Shown here: piece by piece, positions 5,789-15,765 of the stretch
Layout: every line of letters begins with the position of its first letter
Numbering within the stretch: position 1 is the stretch's first letter
Assembly (NCBI GenBank): GCA_030605865.1
Contig: JAUWHN010000011.1
Span: forward strand, 1-27,381
Reading direction: 5' to 3'
Length of the DNA: 27,381 nt
DNA from: Candidatus Portnoybacteria bacterium
GTDB lineage: Bacteria; Patescibacteriota; Minisyncoccia; RBG-13-40-8-A; JAUWHN01
Notes under the pieces: model-generated
Told to the model about the DNA's origin: nothing
Seen by the model: only the letters and a program-made list of their open reading frames with translations
The model's database searches: none
Position numbers and translations under genes: made by a program

Positions 5789-6676
5789 ATGAAAGATATT
5801 TTAAAAGAATTGTCAGGCGTTCAAAAAAATGTTTCTTTAGCGCCTTATACTACTTTCAAAATTGGCGGAAAGGCCAAGTATTTTTATGAAGCAAAGAGCA
5901 AAGAAGATTTGGTTAAAGCAATTAAGGCAGCAAAAGAAACGGGTTTGCCCTTTTTTATTTTAGGCGGCGGAAGCAATATTTTAGTTTCAGATAAAGGCTT
6001 TAATGGTCTTGTAATAAAAATACAAAATACCAAATACGAAATACAAGACATGAGGGTTGTGGCAGATGCAGGAGTTTTATTAAATAAATTAGTTGACGAG
6101 TCAGTAAGAGTTGGATTGACCGGTTTAGAATGGGCAACGGGAATTCCGGGAACTGTGGGCGGTGCAGTCAGGGGAAATGCCGGTGCGTTTGGTGTTTCAA
6201 TGGCAGATACAGTAAAGAGTGTTGAAGTTTTTAATATAAATAGCGGATCAATGAATCAGTGGAGCAATGGATCAGTGGAATTTGGCTATAGAGACAGCAT
6301 ATTTAAACGTGATAAAGATTTGATAATTTTTTCTGTAGTTTTGGAGCTTAAAAAGGGAAATAAAGAAATAAGTAAAAGAGTAATAAAAAGACATTTAGCA
6401 TACAGAAAGAAACGTCAGTCCTTGCTTTCATCGGCCGGTAGTGTATTTGAGAACCCTTTTGATAAATCAGCTGGTTATCTGATTGAGCAGTGCGGACTGA
6501 ATGGCAAAAAAATCAACAAAGCAATGATTTATAAAGAGCATGGGAATTTTATTGTGAACTTAGGAAACGCCAAGGCAAAAGATGTAATTAAACTAATTAA
6601 TCTTTGCAAAAAAAAAGTAAGAGAGAAATTTAGGATAGAGTTAAAAGAGGAGATTGAGTATTTGGGCGAGTTTTAA
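5789..6676 (+). CDS. murB: UDP-N-acetylmuramate dehydrogenase
   Basis: YTTFKIGGKA, LGGGSNIL, GIPGTVGGAVRGNAGA, FGYRDSIFK, SAGSVFENP, HGNFIVN. Confidence 0.96.
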   Translation: MKDILKELSGVQKNVSLAPYTTFKIGGKAKYFYEAKSKEDLVKAIKAAKETGLPFFILGGGSNILVSDKGFNGLVIKIQNTKYEIQDMRVVADAGVLLNKLVDESVRVGLTGLEWATGIPGTVGGAVRGNAGAFGVSMADTVKSVEVFNINSGSMNQWSNGSVEFGYRDSIFKRDKDLIIFSVVLELKKGNKEISKRVIKRHLAYRKKRQSLLSSAGSVFENPFDKSAGYLIEQCGLNGKKINKAMIYKEHGNFIVNLGNAKAKDVIKLINLCKKKVREKFRIELKEEIEYLGEF

Positions 6677-6693
6677 TTTATACTAAAAATACA

Positions 6694-7095
6694 ATGAAAA
6701 TAACCATTAAAACAACCAACCTGAAATTAACCCCGGAGATTGAGAAGCGCATTGAGGAAAAAATCAACAGTGTTGATAAACTATTGGACGATATGGACAG
6801 GAATGTAATAGAAGCGCGGGTGGAAATCGGCAGAACAACAAAACATCATCAAAAAGGTGATATTTTTCGGGCCGAAGTGAACTTAACTTTACCGGGCCGG
6901 CTTTTGAGGTCTGTGGCTGAAGAATGGGATTTAAGAACTGCTCTTGATCAAGTAAAAAATGAACTCCAGCAAGAGATAAAAAAATACCGTGGCAAAAAAG
7001 AAGCCCAATATAAAAGAGGAGCCAGGAAAGCTAAAAGAATGCTGCGGATTTCACCGCTGGCTTGGTTTAGGAAAGAGAAAAACCAGCATAAATAA
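6694..7095 (+). CDS. hpf: ribosome hibernation promoting factor (HPF/RaiA family)
   Basis: MKITIKTTNLKLTPEI..., FRAEVNL, EEWDLRTALD. Confidence 0.88.
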   Translation: MKITIKTTNLKLTPEIEKRIEEKINSVDKLLDDMDRNVIEARVEIGRTTKHHQKGDIFRAEVNLTLPGRLLRSVAEEWDLRTALDQVKNELQQEIKKYRGKKEAQYKRGARKAKRMLRISPLAWFRKEKNQHK

Positions 7096-7100
7096 AAAAT

Positions 7101-9557
7101 ATGTCAATATTTGGTAAAATAGTTGGTGATCCGAATGAGAAATTTTTGAAGAAATTGCAGCCGATTGTTGATGAGATTAACAAGCTCGAAAAGAAATTCG
7201 AGTCTTTTTCTAATGAAGAATTGAAGAAAAAAACAGAGGAATTTAAAAAGCAGATTAATCCGTCAGCTGGCGAAGGAAAGTCGCTGGATGATATTTTGCC
7301 CGAAGCTTTTGCAGCTGTTCGGGAAGCCGCCAAACGAACCCTTAATCAGCGCCATTATGATGTTCAGCTGATGGGCGGCATAGTTCTCCATCAGGGAAAG
7401 ATTGCTGAAATGAAAACCGGAGAAGGAAAAACCTTAGCTGCTACTTTGCCGTTATATTTAAACGCTTTAACTGGCAAAAGAGCTCATTTAATTACGGTTA
7501 ATGATTATTTAGCCAGAAGAGATACTGTCTGGATGGGGCAGATTTATCATCTGCTTGGGTTATCTGTAGGGTGTATTAATCATGAGCAGTCGTTTTTGTA
7601 TGATCCAGAATACGAAGGAGACAAGAAACCTGAGATAAGAGACAATGAAAGGGATGAAACAAGGGATGAGTTGGGAAGTTTTAAGGTTGTTCAAACTTAT
7701 TTACAACCGGTTTCGCGAAAGGAAGCTTATTCCGCTGATATTACTTATGGAACCAACAATGAGTTTGGCTTTGATTATCTAAGAGATAATATGGCGCATA
7801 GTTTAGGTCAAATGGTTCAACGAGAACATAATTACGCGATTATTGACGAAGTGGACAGTATTTTGGTTGACGAGGCCAGAACGCCTTTGATTATTTCAGC
7901 GCCTGACGCTGAATCACCAAAATTGTATGAACAGTTTGCCAGAATTGTACCCCAGCTTAAAAAAGACACTGACTATAATATTGATGAAAAGATAAAAGCA
8001 ACCACTTTAACCAATGAAGGAATTGATAAAATAGAAAAAATCTTAGGAATAGAGAATATTTATGATGAAGCCGGAGTTCGCTACGTTCATTATTTAGAAC
8101 AATCTTTGCGGGCTAATGTTTTATTCCAAAGAGATAAAGAGTATGTGGTAAAAGACGGTGAAGTAATTATTGTTGATGAATTTACTGGCCGTTTGATGCC
8201 CGGCCGGCGCTGGAGCGATGGTTTGCATCAGGCAGTAGAAGCCAAAGAAAAAGTCAGGGTCAGGGAAGAGTCAAGAACTTTGGCGACCATTACCTTTCAG
8301 AATTATTTTAGAATGTATGAAAAATTAGCCGGTATGACCGGCACTGCCCTGACTTCGGCTGAAGAATTTGATAGTGTTTATAAATTAGATGTGATTGTTG
8401 TTCCTACTAACAAGCCATTGATTCGCAAGGGCTTGCCAGACAGGGTTTATAAAAGCGAACAGGGAAAATTTAAAGCAATTATCCAAGAAATTAAACAGCG
8501 GTATGAAAAAGGTCAGCCAGTATTGCTTGGTACAACCTCAATTGAGAAAAACGAACTTTTAGGAGCAATGCTAAGAAAAGAGGGGATTCACTGTGAAATC
8601 TTGAATGCCAAACAACACGAACGGGAAGGAACAATCATAGCCCAAGCAGGAAAGTTGGGAGTAATAACCGTGGCTACTAATATGGCTGGTCGGGGAGTGG
8701 ATATAGTTTTGGGAGGCAACCCGCCAGACAAAGAAGAAGCAGAGAAGATTAAACAATTGGGCGGAGTTCATGTTATTGGCACTGGAAGACACGAAGCCAG
8801 GAGAATTGATAATCAGTTAAGGGGTCGTTCGGGCAGGCAAGGCGATCCCGGCTCCAGCCAGTTTTTTGTGTCTTTGGAAGACGATTTAATGAGGAGATTT
8901 GGTTCGGATAAGATAAAGAGGCTTATGGAAACTTTGAAAGTGCCCGAAGACCAGCCAATTGAGAATAAACTTATTTCCAATGCCATTGAAAAAGCCCAGT
9001 CCCAAATTGAAGGAATTAACTTTGATATGAGAAAGCATGTTTTAGAGTATGATGATGTGATGAATAAGCACAGGGGGAGGATTTATAAAACGAGAAAGGA
9101 AATTTTAGGGGCGTCTGACGCAGAAATAAAAGAGAAGGTTAAGGAGTTGTTGAATGATGAAGAGCTAAAGAAATACAAAGAGAAGGAAGAAAAAATAGGT
9201 GAAGAGATAAGAAAGATTGAGAAGTTTATAATTTTAAATACCATTGATATGTTCTGGATGGCGCATTTGGATACCATGGATCATTTAAGAGAAAGCGTTG
9301 GTTTAAGGGCTTACGGACATCGGGATCCTTTGGTGGAATACAAAAACGAAGGCCATAGTTTATTCAAAAAACTTTTACAAGATATTGATTTTGCGATTGG
9401 GGAAACTTTATTGAAAGCAGAATTCAAAAAAGGCCCCCGCCTTCGTCAAGACTCCGGCGGGCAAGCGGCTCCAAAGAAGAAAGTGGGTCGCAATGAGCCA
9501 TGCCCTTGCGGTAGCGGGAAGAAATATAAAAAATGCTGTCTTTTGAAAAATGGCTAA
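7101..9557 (+). CDS. secA: preprotein translocase ATPase SecA with C-terminal SEC-C motif
   Basis: EMKTGEGKT, IDEVDSILVDEARTPLIIS, ATNMAGRGVDI, RRIDNQLRGRSGRQGDPG, GRNEPCPCGSGKKYKKCC. Confidence 0.98.
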   Translation: MSIFGKIVGDPNEKFLKKLQPIVDEINKLEKKFESFSNEELKKKTEEFKKQINPSAGEGKSLDDILPEAFAAVREAAKRTLNQRHYDVQLMGGIVLHQGKIAEMKTGEGKTLAATLPLYLNALTGKRAHLITVNDYLARRDTVWMGQIYHLLGLSVGCINHEQSFLYDPEYEGDKKPEIRDNERDETRDELGSFKVVQTYLQPVSRKEAYSADITYGTNNEFGFDYLRDNMAHSLGQMVQREHNYAIIDEVDSILVDEARTPLIISAPDAESPKLYEQFARIVPQLKKDTDYNIDEKIKATTLTNEGIDKIEKILGIENIYDEAGVRYVHYLEQSLRANVLFQRDKEYVVKDGEVIIVDEFTGRLMPGRRWSDGLHQAVEAKEKVRVREESRTLATITFQNYFRMYEKLAGMTGTALTSAEEFDSVYKLDVIVVPTNKPLIRKGLPDRVYKSEQGKFKAIIQEIKQRYEKGQPVLLGTTSIEKNELLGAMLRKEGIHCEILNAKQHEREGTIIAQAGKLGVITVATNMAGRGVDIVLGGNPPDKEEAEKIKQLGGVHVIGTGRHEARRIDNQLRGRSGRQGDPGSSQFFVSLEDDLMRRFGSDKIKRLMETLKVPEDQPIENKLISNAIEKAQSQIEGINFDMRKHVLEYDDVMNKHRGRIYKTRKEILGASDAEIKEKVKELLNDEELKKYKEKEEKIGEEIRKIEKFIILNTIDMFWMAHLDTMDHLRESVGLRAYGHRDPLVEYKNEGHSLFKKLLQDIDFAIGETLLKAEFKKGPRLRQDSGGQAAPKKKVGRNEPCPCGSGKKYKKCCLLKNG

Positions 9558-10317
9558 ATATTTGAAAAAAATTTTTTATTTTACAACCCTTCTAATTTTA
9601 GTAGCGGGGTTTTTAATATGGGGATTTTGGCAGATTAATTCTATGGAAAAAGAACTTGAGAGTATAGTTTTTAGGAGCTACTTGAAATTAAAGAAAGCAA
9701 CCCCTAAGGTTCTTCCCAGGGCTATTGATGTTGAGTTTGTAAACCTTAATATTCCTTTTATTTCCCAAGCGCCTTTTGCAATTTGGGACGAGCTTCATGA
9801 CCATGCCTGCGAAGAAGCAGCTATTATAATGGTTTATTATTATTTATTTGGAAAAGAGTTGACTCAAAATGCAGGGGAAAAGGAGATTTTAAGTATGGTT
9901 GATTGGCAAATTGAAAATTGGGGCGGACACTTTGATTTAAGTGCGAAACAGATAGTTGAACTTTTTAGAATTTATTATGATTATCAAAATATAGAGCTGG
10001 TTTATGATTATGGGGTTGAAGACATAAAGAAAGAATTAGCTATTGGTAATCCGACAGTTGTTCCGGCTGCTGGTCGAGCCCTGGGAAATCCTTATTTTAC
10101 GTTGCCCGGGCCCGAGTACCACGTTTTAGTTATTAAGGGTTATGACGATAAAAAATCTGAATTTATTGTAAACGACCCCGGCACCAAACGAGGCGCTGAT
10201 TTTAGATATAATTATCAAGTTTTACAAAACGCCATTCATGATTTTAATCAAGGGGATGTTTTAAATGGTAGAAAAGTGATAATTATCGTTGAAAAAGACT
10301 CAATGGATGAGCCTTAA
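9550..10317 (+). CDS. membrane-anchored C39-like cysteine peptidase
   Basis: N-terminal TM; ISQAP...ACEEAA (Q/C), HVLVIKGYD, FIVNDPG. Confidence 0.8.
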   Translation: MAKYLKKIFYFTTLLILVAGFLIWGFWQINSMEKELESIVFRSYLKLKKATPKVLPRAIDVEFVNLNIPFISQAPFAIWDELHDHACEEAAIIMVYYYLFGKELTQNAGEKEILSMVDWQIENWGGHFDLSAKQIVELFRIYYDYQNIELVYDYGVEDIKKELAIGNPTVVPAAGRALGNPYFTLPGPEYHVLVIKGYDDKKSEFIVNDPGTKRGADFRYNYQVLQNAIHDFNQGDVLNGRKVIIIVEKDSMDEP

Positions 10318-10354
10318 GGTATTGGAAAATTAAGGCAAAATTGAGGCAGGAGGA

Positions 10355-10417
10355 TTGACAAGATAATTTTCTTTTTGCTATAATTGTAATATAAAGTATT
10401 ATAAAATATTACAATTA
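10355..10417 (+). promoter_or_regulatory. toxin-antitoxin promoter with overlapping palindromic operator
   Basis: TTGACA(10355-10360)-18-TATAAT(10379-10384); perfect 12-bp inverted repeat TAATTGTAATAT(10381-10392)/ATATTACAATTA(10406-10417). Confidence 0.7.
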
Positions 10418-10475
10418 ACTGATTTACTTTTCAACTTGAAGGTTGGGAAGTAATAAGTAAATTGTAGAATCTATT

Positions 10476-10691
10476 ATGCGCAAGGTTGTTAATATTTCTC
10501 TGCCCTTAGAATTAAGTAAAATAGTAGAGAAAACTATGAAAACCGGCCAATATGCTACTAAGAGTGAATTCTTTCGCCACTTGCTTAGAATGTGGATAGA
10601 GGGTAAACTCTTAAAAGAATTAGATGAAAGCCGGAAAGAAATTACTGCTGGCAGGGGCAAGGTTTTAAAATCTCTAAAAGATTTAAGATAA
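10476..10691 (+). CDS. ribbon-helix-helix (CopG/ParD-like) antitoxin
   Basis: VVNISLP...GQYATKSEFFRHLLR RHH pattern; directly upstream of a RelE-family toxin. Confidence 0.85.
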   Translation: MRKVVNISLPLELSKIVEKTMKTGQYATKSEFFRHLLRMWIEGKLLKELDESRKEITAGRGKVLKSLKDLR

Positions 10692-10698
10692 TCTCTTT

Positions 10699-10956
10699 AT
10701 GAAAATCTATTACTCAAGCAAATTTGCTCGGGAGTATAAAGCTCTGCCCCTTAAAGTAAAACAAAGGGCCGAAGAAAAAGAAAAAATCTTTCGGAAGAAT
10801 CCCTTTGATAAACGACTAAAGACTCATAAACTTTCTGGTCGACTTAAAGATTTTTGGTCGTTTTCTATTGATCACAAATATAGAATTGTTTTTGAATTCG
10901 TGGATGAAAAGACTACTTGGTTTCATTTGGTAGGCGATCATTCTATTTATAGATAA
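10699..10956 (+). CDS. RelE/YafQ/YoeB-family mRNA interferase toxin
   Basis: KIYYSSKFAREYK...KNPFDKRLKTHKLSGRLKDFWSFSIDHKYRIVF. Confidence 0.88.
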   Translation: MKIYYSSKFAREYKALPLKVKQRAEEKEKIFRKNPFDKRLKTHKLSGRLKDFWSFSIDHKYRIVFEFVDEKTTWFHLVGDHSIYR

Positions 10957-10957
10957 G

Positions 10958-11000
10958 AAAAAACCTCACCCTTGTCAAAAGAGGTTTTTTATTTTAGAAT
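10958..11000 (+). terminator. TA terminator hairpin overlapping the secD promoter
   Basis: AAAAAACCTC/GAGGTTTTTT 10-bp stem; TTGTCA(10972-10977)-17-TAGAAT(10995-11000). Confidence 0.65.
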
Positions 11001-11009
11001 AGGATTATT

Positions 11010-12440
11010 ATGGGTATTCTTTATTCCAGAGAAAAACCAGAGAAAAGTCAACAGGCCAGTAAGGTCAGGTGGCTGGTCTTGGGGATTTTTGTGCTGGCGA
11101 TTTTGGCCGGCAGCTTGGATTATCCTGTTTTGTGGGACAAGGCAGCTGATTATTTGAATTATCAATCTGAACAATTAAAACTGGGAATTAAAATTCCCCA
11201 TTTTTATAAATTACCTTTTCGCTTAGGGCTTGATCTTCAGGGAGGAACCCATTTAATCTACGAAGCCAATCTTTCAGAAATCGAAGAAAAAGAACGCCAG
11301 GATTCTATGGAAGGCATCAGGGACGTTATTGAACGAAGAGTTAATTTATTTGGAGTGGCTGAGCCTCTGATTCAAATTAACAGAGTCAAAGAATCATATC
11401 GCCTTATTGTTGAATTGCCGGGAGTAAAAAATATCCACGAGGCAATTGATATGATTGGCGAGACTCCTTATTTAGAGTTTAAAGAAGAAAAAAGCGAAGA
11501 AGAAATGGAGGAAATAATAAAGCGCCTAGAGGAGAGGCAGGAAGGAGTTATTAAAGAAGAAGTTGAAGACATTGACCCTTATAGAAGCACTCTTCTTACT
11601 GGCCGGCATCTTAAAAAAGCTCAATTAGAATTTGACCAAACAACTTATCAGCCCCAAATCTCTTTAGAGTTTAATGATGAAGGAGCAGAGCTTTTTGGCG
11701 AAATTACAGAAAGGAATGTTGGTAAAAGAGTAGCTATTTATTTAGACGGCTACCCAATCAGCATTCCAATGGTTCAGGGACCAATTACCGGCGGTCGGGC
11801 CCAGATAACCGGCGATTTTACTCTTGAGGAGGCAAAGAAATTAGTTCAGCGCTTGAATGCCGGAGCCCTGCCAGTACCAATTATTTTAATTAGTCAACAG
11901 AGCGTTGGTGCCTCTCTGGGCGAAATCTCTTTAGCCAAAAGTTTAAAGGCAATCTTGTTTGGTTTGATAGCCGTGGCATTGTTTATGATATTTTATTACC
12001 GGTTGCCAGGAATTTTAGCTGTCATTGCCTTGGCTATATATACTATTATAGTTTTAGCAATATTTAAGTTAATTCCGGTTACCCTGACTTTAGCAGGAAT
12101 AGCCGGCTTTATTTTATCAGTAGGAATGGCGGTTGATGCCAATGTTTTGATATTTGAGAGGATGAGAGAAGAGTTGAAATCAGGAAAAAGTTTAGGAGGA
12201 AGCATTGGTGACGGATTTAAACGGGCCTGGCCCTCTATCAGAGATGGAAATATTTCTACCCTTATAACTGCTATAATTTTGTTCTGGTTTGGCACCAGTA
12301 TGATTAAGGGATTTGCCCTGACTTTATTCTTTGGTGTTCTGACCAGCATGTTTACGGCGATTGTGATAACTAAGACGTTTTTAAAATTGCTTATTGGGAG
12401 AAAGTTGGAAAAATTAAAATGGCTATATGGTGGTAATTAA
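11010..12440 (+). CDS. secD: protein translocase subunit SecD
   Basis: LGLDLQGG, RRVNLFGVAEP, LNAGALPVP, GMAVDANVLIFER, DGNISTLI. Confidence 0.97.
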   Translation: MGILYSREKPEKSQQASKVRWLVLGIFVLAILAGSLDYPVLWDKAADYLNYQSEQLKLGIKIPHFYKLPFRLGLDLQGGTHLIYEANLSEIEEKERQDSMEGIRDVIERRVNLFGVAEPLIQINRVKESYRLIVELPGVKNIHEAIDMIGETPYLEFKEEKSEEEMEEIIKRLEERQEGVIKEEVEDIDPYRSTLLTGRHLKKAQLEFDQTTYQPQISLEFNDEGAELFGEITERNVGKRVAIYLDGYPISIPMVQGPITGGRAQITGDFTLEEAKKLVQRLNAGALPVPIILISQQSVGASLGEISLAKSLKAILFGLIAVALFMIFYYRLPGILAVIALAIYTIIVLAIFKLIPVTLTLAGIAGFILSVGMAVDANVLIFERMREELKSGKSLGGSIGDGFKRAWPSIRDGNISTLITAIILFWFGTSMIKGFALTLFFGVLTSMFTAIVITKTFLKLLIGRKLEKLKWLYGGN

Positions 12441-13320
12441 ACATCGTAAAATCTTTTTTATCCTATCAGGACTGCTTGTTTTCGCGAGCATTGTCTGTTT
12501 GGCTTTATGGCAGCTTAATTTTGGCATTGATTTTAAAGGCGGAAGCTTGGCAGAGATAGAGTGGGTTGATTCAAGGCCAAACAATCAAGAGATTCAGGAC
12601 GTGCTTGTTCCACTTGATTTGGGAAATATTAATATTCAAGCCACTGGAGAGAAAGGCACGATTTTGAGGTTAAAAGACATTGATGAAGATACTCATCAGG
12701 AAATACTCAATACTTTAAAAGATAAATTTGGTGATTTAGAAGAAAGGCGCTTTGAATCAATTGGCCCGGCTATTGGAGTTGAATTAAAAAAGAAAGCTTT
12801 ATGGAGCATTTCTTTAGCTTTGGTTGCCATCCTTATTTTTGTTGCCTGGGCGTTTAGAAAAGTTTCTTTTCCAATTAAATCCTATCGTTATGGTATTATT
12901 GCGGTGATTGCTCTTTTTCACGATGTTTTGATTGTTATGGGCGTGTTTTCTTTTTTGGGGCGATTCGGGGGAGTTGAAGTTGGTGTTCCTTTTGTTGCTG
13001 CCTTGTTAACGGTTTTGGGTTATTCGGTAAATGACAGTATCGTTGTCTTTGATAGAATCCGGGAGAACCTTTTATCTTATAAAGCCAAAGATGAGGAATT
13101 TTCAAAAACAGTTGGTCGAAGTTTAAAACAAACAATTACCCGTTCAATCAATACTTCTGTAACTACCCTTTTTGTTTTGTTTGCCATCTTCCTTTTTGGC
13201 GGGGTCACTATTAAATTTTTTGCTTTGGCGTTGATTATTGGTATTGCTTTAGGAACCTATTCCTCAATTTTCCTCGCCAGTCCGTTATTGGTAGCCTGGG
13301 AGAGAAGGAGGAGGACTTGA
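12427..13320 (+). CDS. secF: protein translocase subunit SecF
   Basis: GIDFKGG, ALFHDVLI, GYSVNDSIVVFDRIREN, GTYSSIFLASP. Confidence 0.97.
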   Translation: MVVIKHRKIFFILSGLLVFASIVCLALWQLNFGIDFKGGSLAEIEWVDSRPNNQEIQDVLVPLDLGNINIQATGEKGTILRLKDIDEDTHQEILNTLKDKFGDLEERRFESIGPAIGVELKKKALWSISLALVAILIFVAWAFRKVSFPIKSYRYGIIAVIALFHDVLIVMGVFSFLGRFGGVEVGVPFVAALLTVLGYSVNDSIVVFDRIRENLLSYKAKDEEFSKTVGRSLKQTITRSINTSVTTLFVLFAIFLFGGVTIKFFALALIIGIALGTYSSIFLASPLLVAWERRRRT

Positions 13321-13400
13321 CAGCATTTTTATAGTATGCTATATTGGAAAGTGATATACTGAATATAACCTAACACTCTCGATTGGGAGAGAGAAAAAAT

Positions 13401-14441
13401 ATGACATTTAAAAGACTTCAGTCAGAAGTTTTAAAGAGGGTGGAGGAACTTCTAAATAATTTACCCAAGGAGCGCTTAAAGGATGTTATTGAGCGCAGAT
13501 TTGGTTTAAAAGACGGCAATCAAGAAACCCTTGAGGCCGTAGGGAAAGATTACGGCATAACCAGGGAACGGGTTCGCCAGATTGAATCCGATGCTTTAAG
13601 AATTTTAACCGAGCGTCAGAACTTGGCTGTTCTTAAGCCGATTTTTGAATATCTTGATAAGCTTTTCGAGGAACACAATCATTTAGTAGGAGAAGAGCGT
13701 CTTCTTAATTTAGTTACCGGCATTTCCGAATCTCATCCGGCTCGAGCAGCCGTGGTTATGATTTTGACTCTGGGAAAACCTTATCAAAGATTTGTGGAAT
13801 GTGATAAATTTTATCCTCATTGGATAACTAAAAGGCAAGCCAGAAAGCAAGCTGAAAGAGTTATTGATTATTTAGCAGGACATTTTAACCAGCAAAGCCA
13901 GGCCGTTCCTTCTGCCGAGGTATTAACTATTATTTCTTCAAAGCATTCGGATTTTTCCGAGAAATTTATTAAGAATGCCTTAGATATTTCTAAAAAAATT
14001 AGTAAAAATATTTTTGAAGAAGTAGGCTTAAGCCACTGGCCGGAGATTAATCCTAAAGGAGTTCGGGACAAGGCATATTTGGTTATGAAGAGAGAAGGCG
14101 AGCCTCGTCATTTTGTTGATATTACAGAGTTAATTAATAGAGCTAATTTTTCCGACCGCCAGGCTTTTCCCCAAACCGTTCATAATGAATTAATAAAGGA
14201 CGGACGATTTATTCTTGTTGGTCGGGGCACTTATGCTCTTAAAGAATGGGGTTATGAACCAGGAATAGTTAAGGAAGTAATTGCCAAAATTTTATCCGAA
14301 GCTGGTAAGCCTCTTAATCGAGATGAGATTGTTTCAACTGTTTTAGAGCAACGTCGAGTTAGGCCAAATACAGTCGTTATTAATCTCCAAAATAATCCGG
14401 AGTTTGAAAGACTCGAAGATGGAAGATACGTGTTAAAATAA
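13401..14441 (+). CDS. sigma70 region-4-like HTH protein with C-terminal winged-HTH (HARE-HTH/RNAP-delta-like) domains
   Basis: RRFGL...[21 protein letters not shown] (region 4.2); [23 protein letters not shown]; promoter TTGACA(13317)-17-TATATT; ATG 13401 preferred over TTG 13383. Confidence 0.75.
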   Translation: MTFKRLQSEVLKRVEELLNNLPKERLKDVIERRFGLKDGNQETLEAVGKDYGITRERVRQIESDALRILTERQNLAVLKPIFEYLDKLFEEHNHLVGEERLLNLVTGISESHPARAAVVMILTLGKPYQRFVECDKFYPHWITKRQARKQAERVIDYLAGHFNQQSQAVPSAEVLTIISSKHSDFSEKFIKNALDISKKISKNIFEEVGLSHWPEINPKGVRDKAYLVMKREGEPRHFVDITELINRANFSDRQAFPQTVHNELIKDGRFILVGRGTYALKEWGYEPGIVKEVIAKILSEAGKPLNRDEIVSTVLEQRRVRPNTVVINLQNNPEFERLEDGRYVLK

Positions 14442-14485
14442 AAGACCAAAAATAAAAAATAAAAAACACAAATGTAAAAACGTAA

Positions 14486-15763
14486 ATGGTTAGTGCTTTT
14501 AAAACAGCTTTAAATATAATTTTAGAGTACTGGTGGATTATTGCACCTGTTGCTCTTTTTTTTATTTTTAAAGAACTCTGGTTAGATTATGTGAGAACTA
14601 AATACATTGATTCTCTGAAGTGGACTATTCTGGAAATAAAGATTCCAAAGGAAGTCCAGAAAACTCCAAAAGCAATGGAACAAATATTTGCCGGATTTCT
14701 TGGGATTGATAAGACGCCTAATTTTGTGGAAAAATGGTTTAAGGGCCAACTTAACGGCTGGTTTAGTTTAGAGATTATTGGCAAAGGGGGAAAAATCCAT
14801 TTTTTAATCCGGACTTTGGAAAAATTTAGAAATTTAGTTGAGGCTCAAATTTATGCCCAATATCCTGATGCTGAAATTGCCGAAGTTGAAGATTATACAG
14901 CTGATCTTCCTTCAAAGATTCCCAGTAAGGATTATGATGCCTGGGGTACTGAAATTATCTTAGCCAAAGAAGATGCTTATCCAATTAGAACTTATCCTTA
15001 TTTTTTCGAAGAAGCTAAAGAAGAGGAAAGGGTTGATCCTTTGGCCTCTCTTTTTGAGATATTAAGCAATATAACCCCTGATGAACATATTTGGGTTCAG
15101 GTTTTGATTTCGCCAGCTGATGAAAAATGGAAAGAAAAAGGAGAAAAATTAGTAGAGAAACTTATTGGTAGAAAAGTATCGCGTACCAAGCAAGGAATAA
15201 TTCTTGAGGAAGTCCATGGCTGGCTTGATGCTGTAAGGGAAACTTTACACGATCTTTTCTTTGGTCCGGCCAAAGACGAGAAAGGCCGAATACAGGAAAA
15301 CAAGTTATTGGAAAGTTTGATGCTGTATTTGAGCCCGGGCCAGAGAGAGGTGGTTTCGGCAATTGAAAAAAATATTGCCAAATTAGGGTTTAACACTTTA
15401 ATAAGATTTGTTTATTGGAGCAGAGCAGATGTGTTTACCAAGACTAACAGCTCAGCGGTTATTGGCGCTTTTAAGCAGTTTAATACCTTGAATTTAAATG
15501 GTTTTAAACCCAATAATAAAACTAAAACCTATATTGATTATTTTTTCAAAAAAAGAAGGGAATTTTATCGGAAAGTGAAAATTCTTAATAATTATAAAAA
15601 GAGATATTTTCCTCACCGGCGTTTTTTCAGCAGAGGATTTGTTTTGAATATAGAAGAATTAGCCAGTATTTATCATGTTCCCGGAAAGATTGTTGAGGCT
15701 CCGACAATGCCGAGAATAGAGGCCAAGAAAGGCGGTCCGCCTCCCGGTCTACCGACCGAATAA
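14486..15763 (+). CDS. conserved hypothetical protein with N-terminal TM, partner of the downstream ATPase
   Basis: WWIIAPVALFFIF TM; LEIKIPKEVQKTPKAMEQIF...FSLEI...QIYAQYPDAEI; 2 nt upstream of the ATPase. Confidence 0.7.
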   Translation: MVSAFKTALNIILEYWWIIAPVALFFIFKELWLDYVRTKYIDSLKWTILEIKIPKEVQKTPKAMEQIFAGFLGIDKTPNFVEKWFKGQLNGWFSLEIIGKGGKIHFLIRTLEKFRNLVEAQIYAQYPDAEIAEVEDYTADLPSKIPSKDYDAWGTEIILAKEDAYPIRTYPYFFEEAKEEERVDPLASLFEILSNITPDEHIWVQVLISPADEKWKEKGEKLVEKLIGRKVSRTKQGIILEEVHGWLDAVRETLHDLFFGPAKDEKGRIQENKLLESLMLYLSPGQREVVSAIEKNIAKLGFNTLIRFVYWSRADVFTKTNSSAVIGAFKQFNTLNLNGFKPNNKTKTYIDYFFKKRREFYRKVKILNNYKKRYFPHRRFFSRGFVLNIEELASIYHVPGKIVEAPTMPRIEAKKGGPPPGLPTE

Positions 15764-15765
15764 AT

